Shown: piece after piece, positions 1 through 13,429 of the stretch | Numbering within the stretch: position 1 is the first letter of the stretch | Layout of the letters: each line of letters begins with the position of its first letter | Assembly: GCA_038087875.1 (NCBI GenBank) | Contig: JAXLNO010000600.1 | Location: 496,001-560,000 of the forward strand | Source of the DNA: Malacoraja senta | Lineage: Eukaryota | Length of the DNA stretch: 64,000 bases | Reading direction: 5' to 3' | Notes under the pieces: model-generated | What the model was told of the DNA's origin: nothing | Seen by the model: only the letters and a program-made list of their open reading frames with translations | Database searches by the model: none | Translations under genes and position numbers: made by a program

Positions 1-1598
1 GGGATGATCAGCCATGATCATTGAATGGCGGTGTTGGATCGAAGGGCCAAATGGCCTACTCCTGCACCTATTGTCTATTGTCATTGTCTATTGTCCACCA
101 CTTTGTTGTGGGTTCCCGCGCCAACGCACAGACCTCAGCACGGAATCTGGGCTCGGATATCAAGGCCATGCCTAAGCTCCAGTAGCGTGTGAAACAATAA
201 ACTGTAGACGCTAAAAATGTGCAGGTGGAGAGGGAAACAGAATACGTGTTTCAGATCAGTGACCTTAATCAGAACTCTGTGTTGGATCAGGAGTTTCAGA
301 AGCATTTGATAGAACTGAGATGAAGTTCAGGTGTGCTCCAAATTAATGATGGCAAAATTGGTAAGCGATTATATTGTTCACATGTTCGGTTCACGAAGCA
401 TTCTTGAACTTAAGATGCCGAGGGGGGGAAAAAAATTAACAAAGGAGAAAAATTACGCAGCAAAAATCTGCAGTAAATCTGAAAGAAAACTAAATAATTG
501 CAAGAAACACTCAGCAGGTCAAGTAGCATCCACAGCGGGAGAAACAGAAGCAATGCCCTAGATCACCAGCAAGAAATATCAACCATGCTCCCCTCCCTCC
601 CTCACTCAAAACATGTCAAACATTCCCTGCGCTTAGACACAAAAGGCTGGAGTACTCAGCGGGTCAGGCAGTATCTGTGGAGAAAAGGAATAGGTGACAT
701 TTCGGATCGAGACCCTTCTTCAGATTGAGAGTCTGGGGAAAGGGAAACGAAAGATATATAGAAGATAAATAGAATAAATCCAGAATAGTGAAAAGCTTGG
801 ATGGAGTGGGTGTGGAGAGGATGTTTCCATTAGCGGGAGAGTCTAGAACTAGAGGACATAGCCTCAGAATTAAAGGACATTCTTATTTTTTGGGAAGGAG
901 ATAAGGAGACATTTCTTTAGCCAGAGGGTGGTGAATCTGTGGAATTCATGCCACAGAAGGCTGTGGAGGATGTCAGTGGATATATTCAAGGCAGATTCGT
1001 GATTAGTATGGGTGTCAGGTTATAGGGAGAAGGCAGGAGAATGGGTATAGGTAGGGATAGAGAGGGAGACATAGATCAGCCATGATTGAATGGCGGAGTA
1101 GATGGGCCGAATGGCCTGATTCTACTCCTATTCCTTATGACTTTAAATGAATGAAAGATTTGCGAAATGCATCGATGATCAAGGAAAGGTGGAGTGCGCG
1201 ATGGTCCATTGTTGGCAGTGGGATAGGTGTTAACGAGTTACACAGATTTATACTCGTGATCACCTACCCCAGAGCAACAATGGACCAGGTTCAGGAATAG
1301 CTACTGTCCTACAATTATCAGGTTCCTGAACCAACCCTAATTCTACCTCGACATTGGAACACCACGGACCACTTCTTGCACTACAGCGCCAGTTCGATCC
1401 TGACTACGGGTGCTTGCCTGAACGTAGTTTGTACCTGAGTGGGAGGTTTTCTCCGAGATCTTCGGTTTCCTCCCACACTCCAAAGACGTACAGGTCTGTA
1501 GGTTAATTGGCTTGGTATAAATGTAAAATTGTCCCTAGTGTGTAGAATAGTGTTAGTGTGCTGGGATCGCTGGTTGGCACGGTCTCAGTGGGCCGAAG

Positions 1599-2314
1599 CA
1601 AGAGCGGAACTCGCTATCAAAACATGGAGGGGACGGGGGACACAATTTTTTGGCGGCCATGCGCGCATGTGCACACACACACACACACACACACGCACGC
1701 GCGCGAGGCTTCGGAGGCTCAATCCAGCGCTAAATGCAGCTCAACTGCCTGTCACACCAGGTTAACTACACCCTGCCTGGACTGACGGGATACCAGCGCT
1801 GCTTCTCCGCGCTGGCCATATTTCCCGCAAGTCCAGGAAGGGTTGTAAGCTCACCTGGCGGGACAGGCAGAGTTAGCTGGGTTTAGCGCTGCTTCTCTGC
1901 GCTGGCCCGTCTGACTGCCGACCAAAGATCCTATAGCGGAGGATCTTTGCTGCCGACCTCTCTGGCCACCAGCGGTGGGGGGGGGGGGGGTACTCGGGAG
2001 GGGACAGGACAGCGCCGGAGACCCGGCCGGGATCGATCTTGCCTGCGGATGAGGCGCAGGTCTATGCCACGTCTCCCACCTCCAAACGCTGCGCTCTATC
2101 CTCAGTCCCACCCTCACTCCTCCCTCTTACAATCATCACGCTGAATCATGTCCCGCCCCCATTGCCTGCTGACTGACGTCTCTCTCCTCCAATCGGCGCC
2201 CTCGATCACCGGATTTTAAAATCCGGATTACAAAAACTTGAGGGGGATGTCCCCCACCTCTCAAAACATGGAGGGGACGTGTCCCCTCTGGCCCCCCCGG
2301 GTTTTCCGCCCCTG
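1599..2314. mobile_element. non-autonomous hAT-like DNA transposon inserted in a SINE
   Basis: imperfect TIRs CAAGAGCGGAA / TTCCGCCCCTG; 8-bp TSD ggccgaag / ggccgaac; the SINE resumes at 2315. Confidence 0.7.
1923..1949. mobile_element. 27-bp hAT-like micro-element
   Basis: CAAAGATCCT-ATAGCGG-AGGATCTTTG flanked by perfect 8-bp direct repeats CTGCCGAC. Confidence 0.75.
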
Positions 2315-3569
2315 GGCCGAACGGCCTGTTTCCACATTGTATCTCTAAACTAAACTAATAAATGAGATGAAAAATCCTGCTTGTCGTACATCATTGTGAA
2401 AACTCTAAACGAGTAATGTTTTATGTCTGGCTGCCACATCTCTGACCCCTCTCAACCTGGCCTCAAACTCTTTGAATATCTTCCCTCTGGAAGGCGACTC
2501 CGGACTGTCAAAGCCACCACAGCCAGACATAAAAACAGCTTTTTTCCACGAGTAGTAGCTCTACTCAATAACCAAAAATCTGTTGCCTCCTTTTGCTCTG
2601 GTATTTTATTTCATTCACATGTTTAATCAATAATGTTTTATTATTAATGTTTAATTATGTGTCATTCCTAATTGTCACTGTATGTCATTGTCACTTGCGG
2701 GCAGAGCACCAAGACAAATTCCTTGTATGTGAATATTTGGCCAAGAAACGTATTCATTCATTCACTCATTGGCTGTGGCCTCAGTTCCCTATTTACGTTT
2801 TCGTCGTGTGTGAGGCCAGAGCTAAATCCTTGCTTCTTTAGGGAACCCTCCTGGAGTGGAAATTGTCCCGGCGAGAGCAATCATCTAATAGTCTAAAAGT
2901 GTTAATTTCCCTGGCTGTAAACACTTCAGACGTGAGGCTAATTGCCTCTTTGCCTTTGAGAGAGTTCAACAGTAAGTGCATTAATGCAATAAATGATCAA
3001 GGAGAGGGAAGGTGAGGAGCACAGCAGAAATAACATTCTGGGACCAGCCATTTAGTAAAGACCAAAGACCCCGAGCATGGCAGGGACACCCTGCATTCCA
3101 GAAATGATTCTCTCCCCACCCCTTAGCCCTATTGATAGGTAATTAACTGGACAGACTCCCTCTTGAGTTGCTTTTGTTCAAGACATTTCTAAGATTAGTT
3201 ACCTTGTGTTCTGTGCTCTCTCTCAGTGTGCAGTGATTTTCAATCCGCTCAGAAAAGATGCAGGAGTTTAAACATGCCTCATGCTTTTAATCAATGAAAT
3301 AAACAGGAGTTTTGAAGCATCATGTGGATAGAAAGACGTACTTGAACTGTGAACGGCTCGATTGTAACCGTGTCTTTTTTTTCCGCTGGCTGGTTAGCAC
3401 GCAACAGAAGTAAAACTGATAATAGCTTCATATTGTCATTATTTAAACATATTAAGGGCTCGGACACACTAGAGGCAGGAAACATGTTCCCAATGTTGGG
3501 GGAGTCCAGAACCAGGGGCCACACTTTTTCACACAGAGAGTTGTGAGTCTATGGAATAATAGACAATCA

Positions 3570-3786
3570 AGGGCCTGTCCCACTTGGGCGTCATTTGCGC
3601 ATCAGGACGCATGACGCGCGCGTTGCGCACGTGATGCACGCATGGTGCGCATTACGTGCGCATGGTGTGCGTGGTGATGTAGGGAGTGACGAGCGGTCGC
3701 GCGCGGCACCCCAGGATTTTGGTATGTACAAAATCTTCGCGTGCCATCTGTGTGACGCACAAATGACGCCAAAGTGGGACAGGCCA
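3570..3786. mobile_element. MITE with GGCCTGTCCCACTT TIRs (PIF/Harbinger-like, tentative)
   Basis: terminal inverted repeats and a CpG-rich palindromic interior. Confidence 0.65.
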
Positions 3787-4256
3787 CCCTGTCTGAAGAA
3801 AGGTCTCGACCCGAAACGTCACCTATTCCTTCACTCCATACATGCTGCCTCACCCGCTGAGTTTCTCCAGCATTTTTGTCTACCTTCGATTTTTCCAGCA
3901 TTTCTGTTCTTTCTTAAACATCAGTAATTGGGTGGCATAGTGGTGCAGTGGTAAAGCTGCTGCCGCAGAGCGCCGGAGACCCGAGTTCGACCCTGACCTC
4001 GGGTGCTGTCTGTGTGGAGTTTGCATATTCTCCCCATGACCGCATGGATTTTGTCCGGGTGCTCCGGTTTCCTCCCACATCCCAATAACCTGCGGGTTCC
4101 TGGGTTAATTGGCCTCTGTAAATCACCCCTAGTGTGTAGGGAGATGGTGCAAAAGTGGAATAACATAGAACTGGTGTGGAAATGCTGGAGTAAAGGAAAT
4201 CTCGACCCGTCACCCATTCCTTCTCTCCAGAGATGTTGCCTGGCCCGTTGAGTTAA

Positions 4257-4558
4257 AGCTCTGTCCCACGTACGAGTTCATTCCAAGAGCTCTCCCGATT
4301 TGAACTCGGAGATTTACGGTAATGGCCACTCGTCGGTACTCGGGGCTCTCGTGGACATTTTTCAACTTGTTGAAAAATCTTCACGAGTCTTCCCGTGCTT
4401 ACCTGCCGTTAGCGAGTCTTCCCAAGTACCTGCCGTTAGCGCTAAGAGACGTCCCCGAGCTCCGACGTACCCGTTCATTCTCCGTGCTTACCACGAGTTT
4501 GATTTTTTTTAAACTCGGGAAAGCTCTTGGAATGATCTCGTACCGTGGGACAGGGCTA
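4257..4558. mobile_element. MITE with AGCCCTGTCCCAC-type TIRs
   Basis: TIRs; splits another repeat (gagtta | ctccagc); related copy at 41866-42181. Confidence 0.65.
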
Positions 4559-4926
4559 ATACTCCAGCATTTTGTGTCTACCTTCAATTTAAACCAGCAC
4601 CTGCAGTTCTTTCCTACACATAGAAGTAGTGTTAATGGCTAATCAATGGTGGGCTCTAACCAAAGAAACTCCTCCAAAAGTACATTGTTTTATTCTGAGG
4701 CTATGGTTACTCCGGTCCTAGACTCTCCCACTAGTGAAAACATCCTCAGGATCAAGGGTTCAATTTTCTAAAAAGTTCTTAAAAACCTGCAAAGGGACTG
4801 CGTTAAAAAGCAAGCTTTGCAAGTCAGTATCTGAATGTCGATGTGCGCTAAATACAGTTCTGTGGATAGCCAGCGCAGCATCCCTGCATTCCTACGGAGA
4901 AGTTTAACAATTTCCTTTTCTTTCAG

Positions 4927-4995
4927 ATTGTCAACGGTGATCAATGCAGATCAGATCCTTGTGCTTCGGGACGGAAAGATAGTGGAGAGAGGAAG
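4927..4995 (+). CDS. ABCB6: ABCB6 penultimate coding exon (end of the NBD, H-loop region)
   Basis: ttccttttctttcag acceptor and gtatgt donor; 69 nt, phase 2-2; reads (R)LSTVINADQILVLRDGKIVERG(R), matching the ABCB6 motif RLSTVVNADQILV..DG.IVERGR. Confidence 0.9.
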
Positions 4996-5141
4996 GTATG
5001 TAGTCCACTGTCAGGGACTTTCCCACCCGTTTAACCTCAATCCTAGAGGGAGCTATTATTTTTTGCAGTTCTGCTTTTAAAAAAAATCAGTTCGTCTTAC
5101 ACAGTATTTTACGACAAGGAAGAGACCTTTTCATCAGTCTA

Positions 5142-5867
5142 ATGGGCCTGTCCCTCTTAGGCCATTTTTCAGACGTCTGCCAGCGACTGTCAAGTTGCCA
5201 GCAGTCGCCTGAATAACAGCCAACTGGAACGGCGACTGTCAGAGTGGAACACACACACACATCGCAAAGGCGGGGGACAGGGCAAGCGGGGGGAGCGCTG
5301 TCTGAAATTCACACGGTGCAAAGCCAAGGTGATACAGACACACACCGCGATGAACAGGAAGGTTGGCGTTGTAATTAAGACGGCTAAAGTACAGTGTACG
5401 GTAAGTCCTTTAAAAGGGGGTGGAGAAGGAGGGAGAAGGAATGGAGACAACTTTTAAGAAGCCAGAGATACACGGCTGTGAAGCTCGGCGGACATTAACA
5501 TTACCGGTCGGTTATCCTTGGTTCTGAAAACTACTGCTTACGTTTTTTTCCCCAATGAGCCAATGAAATCCATCGATCAGCACCGGCTACAACCTACAAG
5601 AACCTACAAGCACCTTGGACCTCCTGGTGACCCACCTACGGCACGAGAATTCTCGCTACTCTCCATGGCGGCTTCATTCTAGTCGCCGCTAATTTTCCAA
5701 CTTGTTGAAAAATTCGCGGTGACCATAATGAGGCCGCGACTAGTTCCCAGAATGCGGGAACTCCTCGCGACCATGAAGGCGACCCCCCGGCAATTACCCG
5801 CGAACATGTGGCGACCGCATAGTCTCCTGCTGTCGTCTAAAAAGTCGCCTAAGTGGGACAGGCCCAT
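5142..5867. mobile_element. MITE with ATGGGCCTGTCCC TIRs
   Basis: atgggcctgtccctcttaggc ... gcctaagtgggacaggcccat. Confidence 0.7.
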
Positions 5868-6176
5868 TAGGCCTCCACAAAGGAGCGATTCGAGTTATAT
5901 TGCTGGCTACAGCATTAAAGGTTGGAGAGAGGGTAACAAGCCACATATACTTTGACCACAAATGTGACCCAGAGCAGAAATATTTTGCATTGTAGTAAAC
6001 TTTCTGGACAAATAGATGAGAAATCTGCTTGTACTTTCATAACACTCTCATCCTTCTAAACTCCAGAGTGTACAAGCCAAGCCGCTCCATTCTCTCAGCA
6101 TATGTGGGTGAGTTGGGCCTGTTTCCATGCTGTGTGATTCTATGACTCTACATCACTCCAATATTACTATTGCGAC

Positions 6177-6543
6177 CAAAGATCCTCCTTCTAAATGCAA
6201 TGGGCTGATGTGTAGTACGCAACGGAGCGGAACGTGGGCCTTTTTTTCATCCATTTCCGTAACCCGACCCGACTCGCAGTGTAATCAACGTTGCGGGGGA
6301 ACAGTTTGTGTTAATAAATTATAATTCTGAAAATGAGGAAAAAAAATTCCCAAATAACTTTTATTTTTACGAGGATGTTTCCGTAACCAGCTTCCGTCTC
6401 CACACTATTATCCTACGGGATCTTTGGTGCGGAGACGGAAGGCGGTTACGGAAATGGGGCCGAAAATTACCCATGAATCTGCCCATGACCATACTACGTC
6501 TTTTTCGGTCGAGTGATCTATCTTGCTTGCTATAGGATCTTTG
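6177..6543. mobile_element. hAT-like MITE with CAAAGATCCT TIRs
   Basis: 10-bp TIRs identical to those of the 27-bp element; degenerate 8-bp TSD attgcgac / gttacgac; internal palindrome at about 6378-6454. Confidence 0.6.
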
Positions 6544-7759
6544 GTTACGACTGCTTTCCCTGCACCTTCCTTGAATGACTTACCAGAGAGGCTGCCCTTC
6601 ACACCATAATTACACTCCCAAATCAAAAGCTTTTCACTGTACCTTGGTGCACGTGACAATAAACTAAACTAAGACCCGCGGAACATCTTTGCCTCTTTAT
6701 CTCTGGTGAATGGTTTTAGGAATGATATGTTTTCTGGTGCTGTGAAAGCCCTGCCCGAGATTGAGGATTTAGTTTCTTCCTGTCTCAGGCCCTTGTTCCG
6801 TCAGACAGATCATTATCTTTCCCTTCACCACCTTAATGGGTTTAGTATTTACTTTAGCACATAGTGCAGAAAGTAAACTTCACACTTGGCTGAGCATCAT
6901 TCATGGATTGACTGAGATTCCTATTGCCCTGGAGCCTGAGGGAACCCTCTTCTTCATCCCTCTCCTCAGTAATTACATCTCTCACACACTCATGTTTTCT
7001 TTCCCTTGTTCTCTTCCCCGTTGCACTTGCAACCACTCCTCAGAAGTTTTAACTTCTCAAGATTATTTTTTCGATTGATCTAAACTATCATTTGAAATGT
7101 CTGATCTCAAACTGGTTGACTATCCGAAGCCAGTAATTATTTTTTTGAAAAAACTATAAATAATTAGAATGCAGACACAGGAAGTTGCAGATGCTAGAAT
7201 CTTGAGCATAAAAAAAAACAGCTGGGAGCTCTCAGTAGGTCAGGCAGCATCTGTGGAGGGAACTGGCAGACAACGTTTTGAGTCAATAGACAATAGGTGC
7301 AGGAGTAGGCCATTCGACCCTTTGAGCCAGCACCGCCATTCAATGTGATCATGGCTGATCATCCCCAATCAGTACCCCGTTCCTGCCTTCTCCCCATATC
7401 CCCCGACTCCACTATCTTTTAGAGCCCTATCTAGCTCTCTCTTGAAAGCATCCAGGGAACCAGCCTCCACCGCCCTCTGAGGCAGAGAATTCCACAGACC
7501 CACAGACCACAGTCGAGACCCTTCTTCAGACTGGCCTCTACTGAGGAAGGGTCCTGACCCAAATTGTCTTCTGTCCATTCCCTCCACAGATGCTGAATGA
7601 CACGCTGAGTTCCTGCAGCACTTTGCGTTTTGCACAAGTCAGGTGTTTTATTGTCATCTGTCCCGAAACGGAACAATTAAACTCTTTCACAGTAGCAGAA
7701 CAGATATGTAAACTGTAAATACCATAAAAGTACTCTGTAAATAATAACAAAAAAGTTCA

Positions 7760-8630
7760 ATATGTTGCATCTCCTGTGGTTGTAGGGGATAGTCCCCTTT
7801 CAGCAATTTCCCTGCAGAGGCAAGGTCTCTGCAGAAAGCAGAAAGGGGTGGAGATGAGAAGATGTGACCAGTGGTAGATGCCATTGGAGGTGACAAAAAT
7901 GTCAGAGGATGGAATGTTCTATGCGACAGCTGATGGGGGGGAAGGTGAGGGCGAGGAGGACTCTGTCCCTGTTCCGACTGGGTGGAGGGCGAGCAGGAGC
8001 AGAACTGTGGGATACAAAGGAGGCACATGTGAGGGCCTCATCTATGATAGACGAGGGGAACCCCGTTCCCTAAAGAATGAGGGACATCACGGATGTCATA
8101 GTATGTAACACCTCATCTTGGGAGCAGATATGGCAGAGAGTGAAGAATTGGAAAAAGGGGATAGAGTCTTTGCAGAAGACAGAGTGGGAAGAAGTGTAGT
8201 CGAGATAGTTGTGGGTCAGTAGGTTTGGAATCGATGTCAGTCAACACGCTATCTCCTGTAGACACAAAATGCTGGAGCAACTCAGCGGGTGAGGCAACGT
8301 CTATGGAGAGAAGGACCCGAAACGTCACCCATTCCTTCTCTCCATAGATGCTACCTCACCTGCTGAGTTGCTCCAGCATTTTATGTCTACCTTCGATTTT
8401 ATTCAGCATCTGCAGTTCTTTCTTACATAGGCTGTCTCCTGTGATGGAGACAGTGAGATCAGGAAAGGGGAGGGTGGTGTACAAGATGGCCCAGGTGAAT
8501 CTGAGGGCATGGTCCCTATTACGACTGGGGGAAGGGGGAACAAGAGCAGAGCTGCGGGATACAGAGGAGACACGTGTGAGGGCCTCATCTATGATAAAAG
8601 GGGGAACCCAGTCCAGGTGATTCTGAGGGC
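7760..8630 (-). mobile_element. degenerate Penelope-like fragments
   Basis: gagggcctcatctatgata...ggggaaccc segment present twice plus pLTR-type sequence; no intact ORF. Confidence 0.5.
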
Positions 8631-8744
8631 AGTCTGTATGATGGAGAGTCTGGATTATTGCTCAAATCTCTGTACGGGACAGTATCGAAAATAGTGCGGA
8701 AAACATGGCGTCTCTTTCATGTGGCTCAGTAGACTATTTCTGTA

Positions 8745-9852
8745 TCAATCAATCAATCAATCAATTTTATTTGTATGGCACATTTAAAAACAGCTCACGT
8801 TGACCAAAGTGCTGTACATCAGTGCAGATACTAATGTGCTACATACAATGGTACACAGGCCTAACAATACATACATAAACTGTTTACAGCGCCCTCTCAG
8901 AGGGTCTCAAAAACGCTAGGGAGTAGAAATAGGTTTTAAGCCTCGATTTATAGGAGTCGATGGAGGGGGCAGTTCTGATGAAGGAGAGGGATGCTATTCC
9001 ACAGTCTAGGTGCTGCAACTGGTGAGGTAGTTACTAGGTGAAGAAGTACAGAGGAAAGCAGCACGCTTTTGCATCGGGAACTACAATAGAGGTAGCAGTG
9101 TCACCCAGATGCTGTCCGACCTAGAGTGGGAACGCTGGAAACGCAAAGGGCGAGGAACAGACTAGCCATGTTGTACAAGATTCAAAAGGGGATCGTGGGC
9201 ATAACTGCAGATAGATACATAACATACTCAACAGAAAGGAGAACAAGAAAGAGAAATGATATGCAAATAGAAATCCCTTTCGCCAGGACAGATATTTATA
9301 AGAACTCATTCTTTGTAAGAACCTTAAGGGAATGGAAATAAACTAGACAACAATATAGTCAAATCACCTTCACTAGACAGTTTTAAGGGAGCACTAAAAT
9401 TACGTTAGTATGCACAACACATCCAAGTTGGCGATATGCAGAGTACTGCCCTGCCGACTACAAATTCAGAAGATTCAGGAAGATTCAAAAGCGCGGTCAC
9501 CCCTGAGCTTAAACCTAGACCGCGGGATAGTCAGTAGCCCCAAGTCAGCTGACCTGAGGGACCTGGAGGTAGAATGGTGGGTTAGTAGATTTTTGATATA
9601 GGAGGGGGCAAGCCCGTCAAGGGCTTTGTACACGAATAAGAGGAGCTTGAAGTTGATTCTGTACCGTACTGGGAGCCAGTGGAGGCCAAGAATCGGGGTG
9701 ATGTGGTCCTTTTTATGGGTACCCGTCAGAAGTCTCGCTGCGGCGTTTTGAACCAATTGCAGGCGGGACAGGGATGATTGCCTGATGCCAGTGTATAGGG
9801 AGTTGCAGTAGTCAAGGCGGGAGGAGATGAATGAGTGGATGATTTTTTTCAC
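8745..9852 (-). mobile_element. L2 LINE 3' fragment, split by another LINE
   Basis: IHSFISSRLDYCNSL...LHWLPV...RGDRAF (9487-9852) continues as AAPRLWNS at about 9020; (ATTG)n tail. Confidence 0.85.
9021..9487 (+). mobile_element. CR1/L2-group LINE 3' fragment of a distinct (Daphne-like) type
   Basis: AARFCIGNY..SSVTQMLSDLEW ... RLAMLYKI ... ARTDIYKNSFFVRTLREW; GAAGATTCA-type tail. Confidence 0.6.
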
Positions 9853-10173
9853 TTGCTAATCGAGATTCAGGGATATGGCAATACTCTACTGGAATACTTT
9901 TGAAATACGTTTGGACTACTTTGTCGTCGTCCTTTATATGGCGACTCTTTGCATACCTTGTGTATGCAAAAACAAAGAATATCACTGTGACATGTCACAC
10001 GTGACAATAAAATATCATTCATTCATTCAAAAAGAATTTCGCAGTGGTTGCACTTTACATACACGTGGCAATAAAATCACCATTGAGCCATTGAACCAAA
10101 ATCCACAGCCATCTGACTCAAGAGTCAAGAGTGTTTTATTGTCATGTGTCCCAGATAGAACAATGACATTCCC

Positions 10174-10515
10174 ATGGGCCTGTCCCACTTACGTGACTTT
10201 TTCAGCAACTGCCGGCACCCGTCAGAGGTCGTTGCAGGTCGCCGAAAATTTTCAACATGTTGAAAATTCAGCGGCGACCAGAACAAGGTACGACTCTTTG
10301 GGCGACTGAGGAGACTAGCCACGACCATACAGGCGAAACCCTGGCAACATGTCACGGGGTGAAGCCTGTATGGTCGTGAGTAGTCGCCCAAAGAGTCGTA
10401 CCTTGTTCTGGTCGTCGCTGGATTTTCAACATGTTGAAGATTTTCGGCGACCTGCTGTGACTAAGACGGGTGCCGGCAAGTCGCCGAAAAAGTTGCGTAA
10501 GTGGGACAGGCCCAT
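10174..10515. mobile_element. MITE with ATGGGCCTGTCCCACTTACG TIRs
   Basis: 20-bp perfect TIRs and a largely palindromic interior. Confidence 0.7.
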
Positions 10516-11079
10516 TACTTGCAGCAGCACAGCAGTATATGTAAACATAGTACACTGTAAACAATAGAATATACAAGGAAAAAACAAGTTTGATGTGTAC
10601 GCATACGTACACATAAAAAACAAACAGACAATAATAGTGCAATCATAACAATAGTGGTCTGTGTAGTTCAGAGCTTATTTGGAGGTTGTAGTGTTTAATA
10701 GCCTGATGGCTGTGTCGGGAAGGAGCTGTTCCTGAACCTGGACATTACAGTTTTCAGGCTCCTGTACCTTCTTCCCGATGGCAGGGGTGAAATGAGTGTG
10801 TGGCCAGGGTGGTGTGGGTCTCCGATAAGGCAGCCAGCATCATCGGTGATCATAAGGAAATAGGCAACGTTTCTGCCCGAAACGTTTCTCCCCAGCGGTT
10901 TCTGCCCGAAACGTTGCCTATTTCCTTCGCTCCATAGATGCTGCTGCACCCGCTGAGTTTCTCCAGCACTTTTGTCTACCTTCGATTTTCCAGCATCTAC
11001 AGTTCCTTCTTAAACACATCATGGGTGATCATCCTCGGAGGTGAGCGTCATGCAAACATTTTTCCGATTCCCGTTTCAG

Positions 11080-11227
11080 ACACGAGGTGCTGCTGGCCAA
11101 AGAGGGAGTTTACGCTGAGATGTGGATGAAGCAGCAGCAGTCGGAGACAGGGGACTCGTCGTCTGACACTGAGACCAAAGACAGGAGCACTGAGAAACTG
11201 CAGCCACCCAGCAACAAGAAGGAGTGA
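11080..11227 (+). CDS. ABCB6: ABCB6 terminal coding exon
   Basis: ttcccgtttcag acceptor, phase 2 compatible with the upstream exon; HEVLLAKEGVYAEMWMKQQQSETGDSSSDTETKDRSTEKLQPPSNKKE*, resembling the vertebrate ABCB6 C-terminus (HEALLSRGGVYADMW..QQ); not present in the ORF track. Confidence 0.88.
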
Positions 11228-11543
11228 GAGCCAGCCGTCCCAACAGCAAGCTGATCAAGGTTATCTCACCATCCATGCCGTCAATGAACTGGGCCCATGT
11301 GCTCGATCGACCACACGATCGACCCGAACACTCATCATGTGGATCCAGACTCCTATACAATCCCATAGTTCTCCAAGAGGAAGAAAAGATCCCACTGATT
11401 ACATGATTTTCGTTATAGGTTTTAGGAAGTAGTTTAAAGCTCTATTGTTTCATTTGTATTCTCAGACATTTACTCCATGTGTTTCCTGATTGGACTTAGG
11501 ATGTGTGTTTGTCCATTATGACAAGAGGCTTCTTGGATATTTT

Positions 11544-11549
11544 ATTAAA
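11544..11549 (+). terminator. candidate polyadenylation signal (ATTAAA) for ABCB6
   Basis: ATTAAA about 320 nt after the stop codon, in unique AT-rich sequence just before a CR1 tail; the UTR may run further. Confidence 0.3.
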
Positions 11550-11611
11550 AGTATGCCAAGTGGTAAGAAGACACAAAGAACACGCCAAGGAGCCTGTTGA
11601 AACCGTGTAAT

Positions 11612-12400
11612 TATAGACAATAGACAATAGGTGCAGGAGTAGGCCGTTCGGCCCTTTGAGCCAGCACCGACATTCAATAGACAATAGGTGCAGGAGTAGG
11701 CCATTCGGCCCTTCGTGCCAGCACCGACATTCAATGTGATCATGGCTGATCATCCACAATCAGTACCCCGTTCCTGCCTTCTCCCCATATCCCCTGACTC
11801 CGCTATCTTTAAGAGCTCCATCTATCCCTTGAAAGTATCCATAGAACCGGCCTGCCCTCTGAGGCAGAGAATTCCACAGACACACAACTCTCTGTGTGAA
11901 AAAGTATTTCCTCATCTCCGTTCTAAATAGCTTACCCCTTATTCTTAAACTGTGGCCCCTGATTCTCGACCCCCCCCAACATCGGGAACATGTTTCCTTC
12001 CTCTAGCGTGTCCAAACCCTTATTAATCTTATATGTTTCAATAAGATCCCCTCTCATCCTTCTAAATTCTAGAGTGTACAAGTCCAACCGCTCCATTCGC
12101 TCAGCATATGACAGTCCCGCCATCCCGGGAATTAACCTGGTGAACCTACACTGCACTCCCTCAATAGCAAGAATGTTCTTCCTCAAATTTGGAGACCAAA
12201 ACTGCACACAATACTCCAGGTGTGGTCTCACTAGGGCCCTGTACAACTCCAGAAGGACCTCTTTGCTCCTATGCTCAACTCCTCTTGTTATGAAGGCCAA
12301 CATGCCATTGGCTTTCATCACTGCCTGCTGTACCCGCATGCATACTTTCAGTGACTGATGAACAAGGACCCCCACATCTCGTTGTACTTCCCCTTTTATG
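11612..12400 (-). mobile_element. CR1 3' fragment with (CTATTGT)n tail
   Basis: QQAVMKANGMLAFI...LVRPHLEYCVQFWSP...[13 protein letters not shown]. Confidence 0.9.
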
Positions 12401-13429
12401 TACTTCCCCTAATTATGATTGAATACATTACCAAGTGGTGTCTGAAAGTAAAGTGCTCAATGCACTGCCCAGTTAAACCATCCAAACGCAGTCACCCCTT
12501 CGTCAATGTGTGTGTGCTGAGTTAGTTCATCTCAACTCGGGGAAGGGAACCTGTTACTCAGCATTCTTGGGCATGGGGAAAGGATTGTGAATCCAGCTTC
12601 ATTGATCTTCTGTGACCTTGTCAGAAAGTGCTTTCATACAGACATTAGGCAAGCAAAGGAACATGTGTGTCTTGTTCAGCTGTGCCATCAAATGTCTTGG
12701 CGGGTAGTATTTCTCAGGTGTGAGCCAATTCTTCTCCCTTGATTGCCACCATTAAGAGAGGCAGATTCTGTAAGGCTGAACTTCATTTTGCCATCAGCCA
12801 AGCCCGCACAGTGGTAGAGTTACTGCCTCACAGCGCCAGAGACCCAGGTTTGATCCTGACTACGGGTGCTGTCTGTACGGAGTTTGTACGTTCTCCCTGT
12901 GACCTGCGTGGGTTTTCTCCAGGTGCTCCAGTTTCCTCCCACACCCCAAAGACGTACAGGTTTGTAGGTTAATTGACTTTTGTAAACTGTCCCTAGTGTG
13001 TAGGATAGTGTTAGTGTATGGGATGATCGCTGGTCGGCACTGACTCGGTGGGCCCGAAAGGCCTGTTTACGTACTGTATCTCTAAAGCCTAAAAGTAAAT
13101 CAACCCATTGCTTGGCTCACCCAAATTTTAATTCTATGAAAGTCAATAAGTTAGAATATTGGCTGGGAACTAGAATGGGCAGTTGATATAATACTACGAT
13201 CCGAAACGTCACCCATTCCTTCTCTGCAGAGATGCTGCCTGTTCCGCTGAGTTACTCCAGAATTTTGTGTCTACCTTCGATTTAAACCAGCATCTGCAGT
13301 TCTTTCCTACACGTTGATATAATACTGCCTGTTTACATCATCATACTGTCCAAATCTAATTTCAACCCCACATCTGACATTGTACCTGTGATATTCAATT
13401 AGTCAGAATCACGTGGTTCTCTAACTTTT

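Noticed and set aside
1..4926. Additional upstream ABCB6 exon in the window
   Set aside because: No Walker B or TTIVVAHR-type coding segment found; earlier exons must lie outside the window
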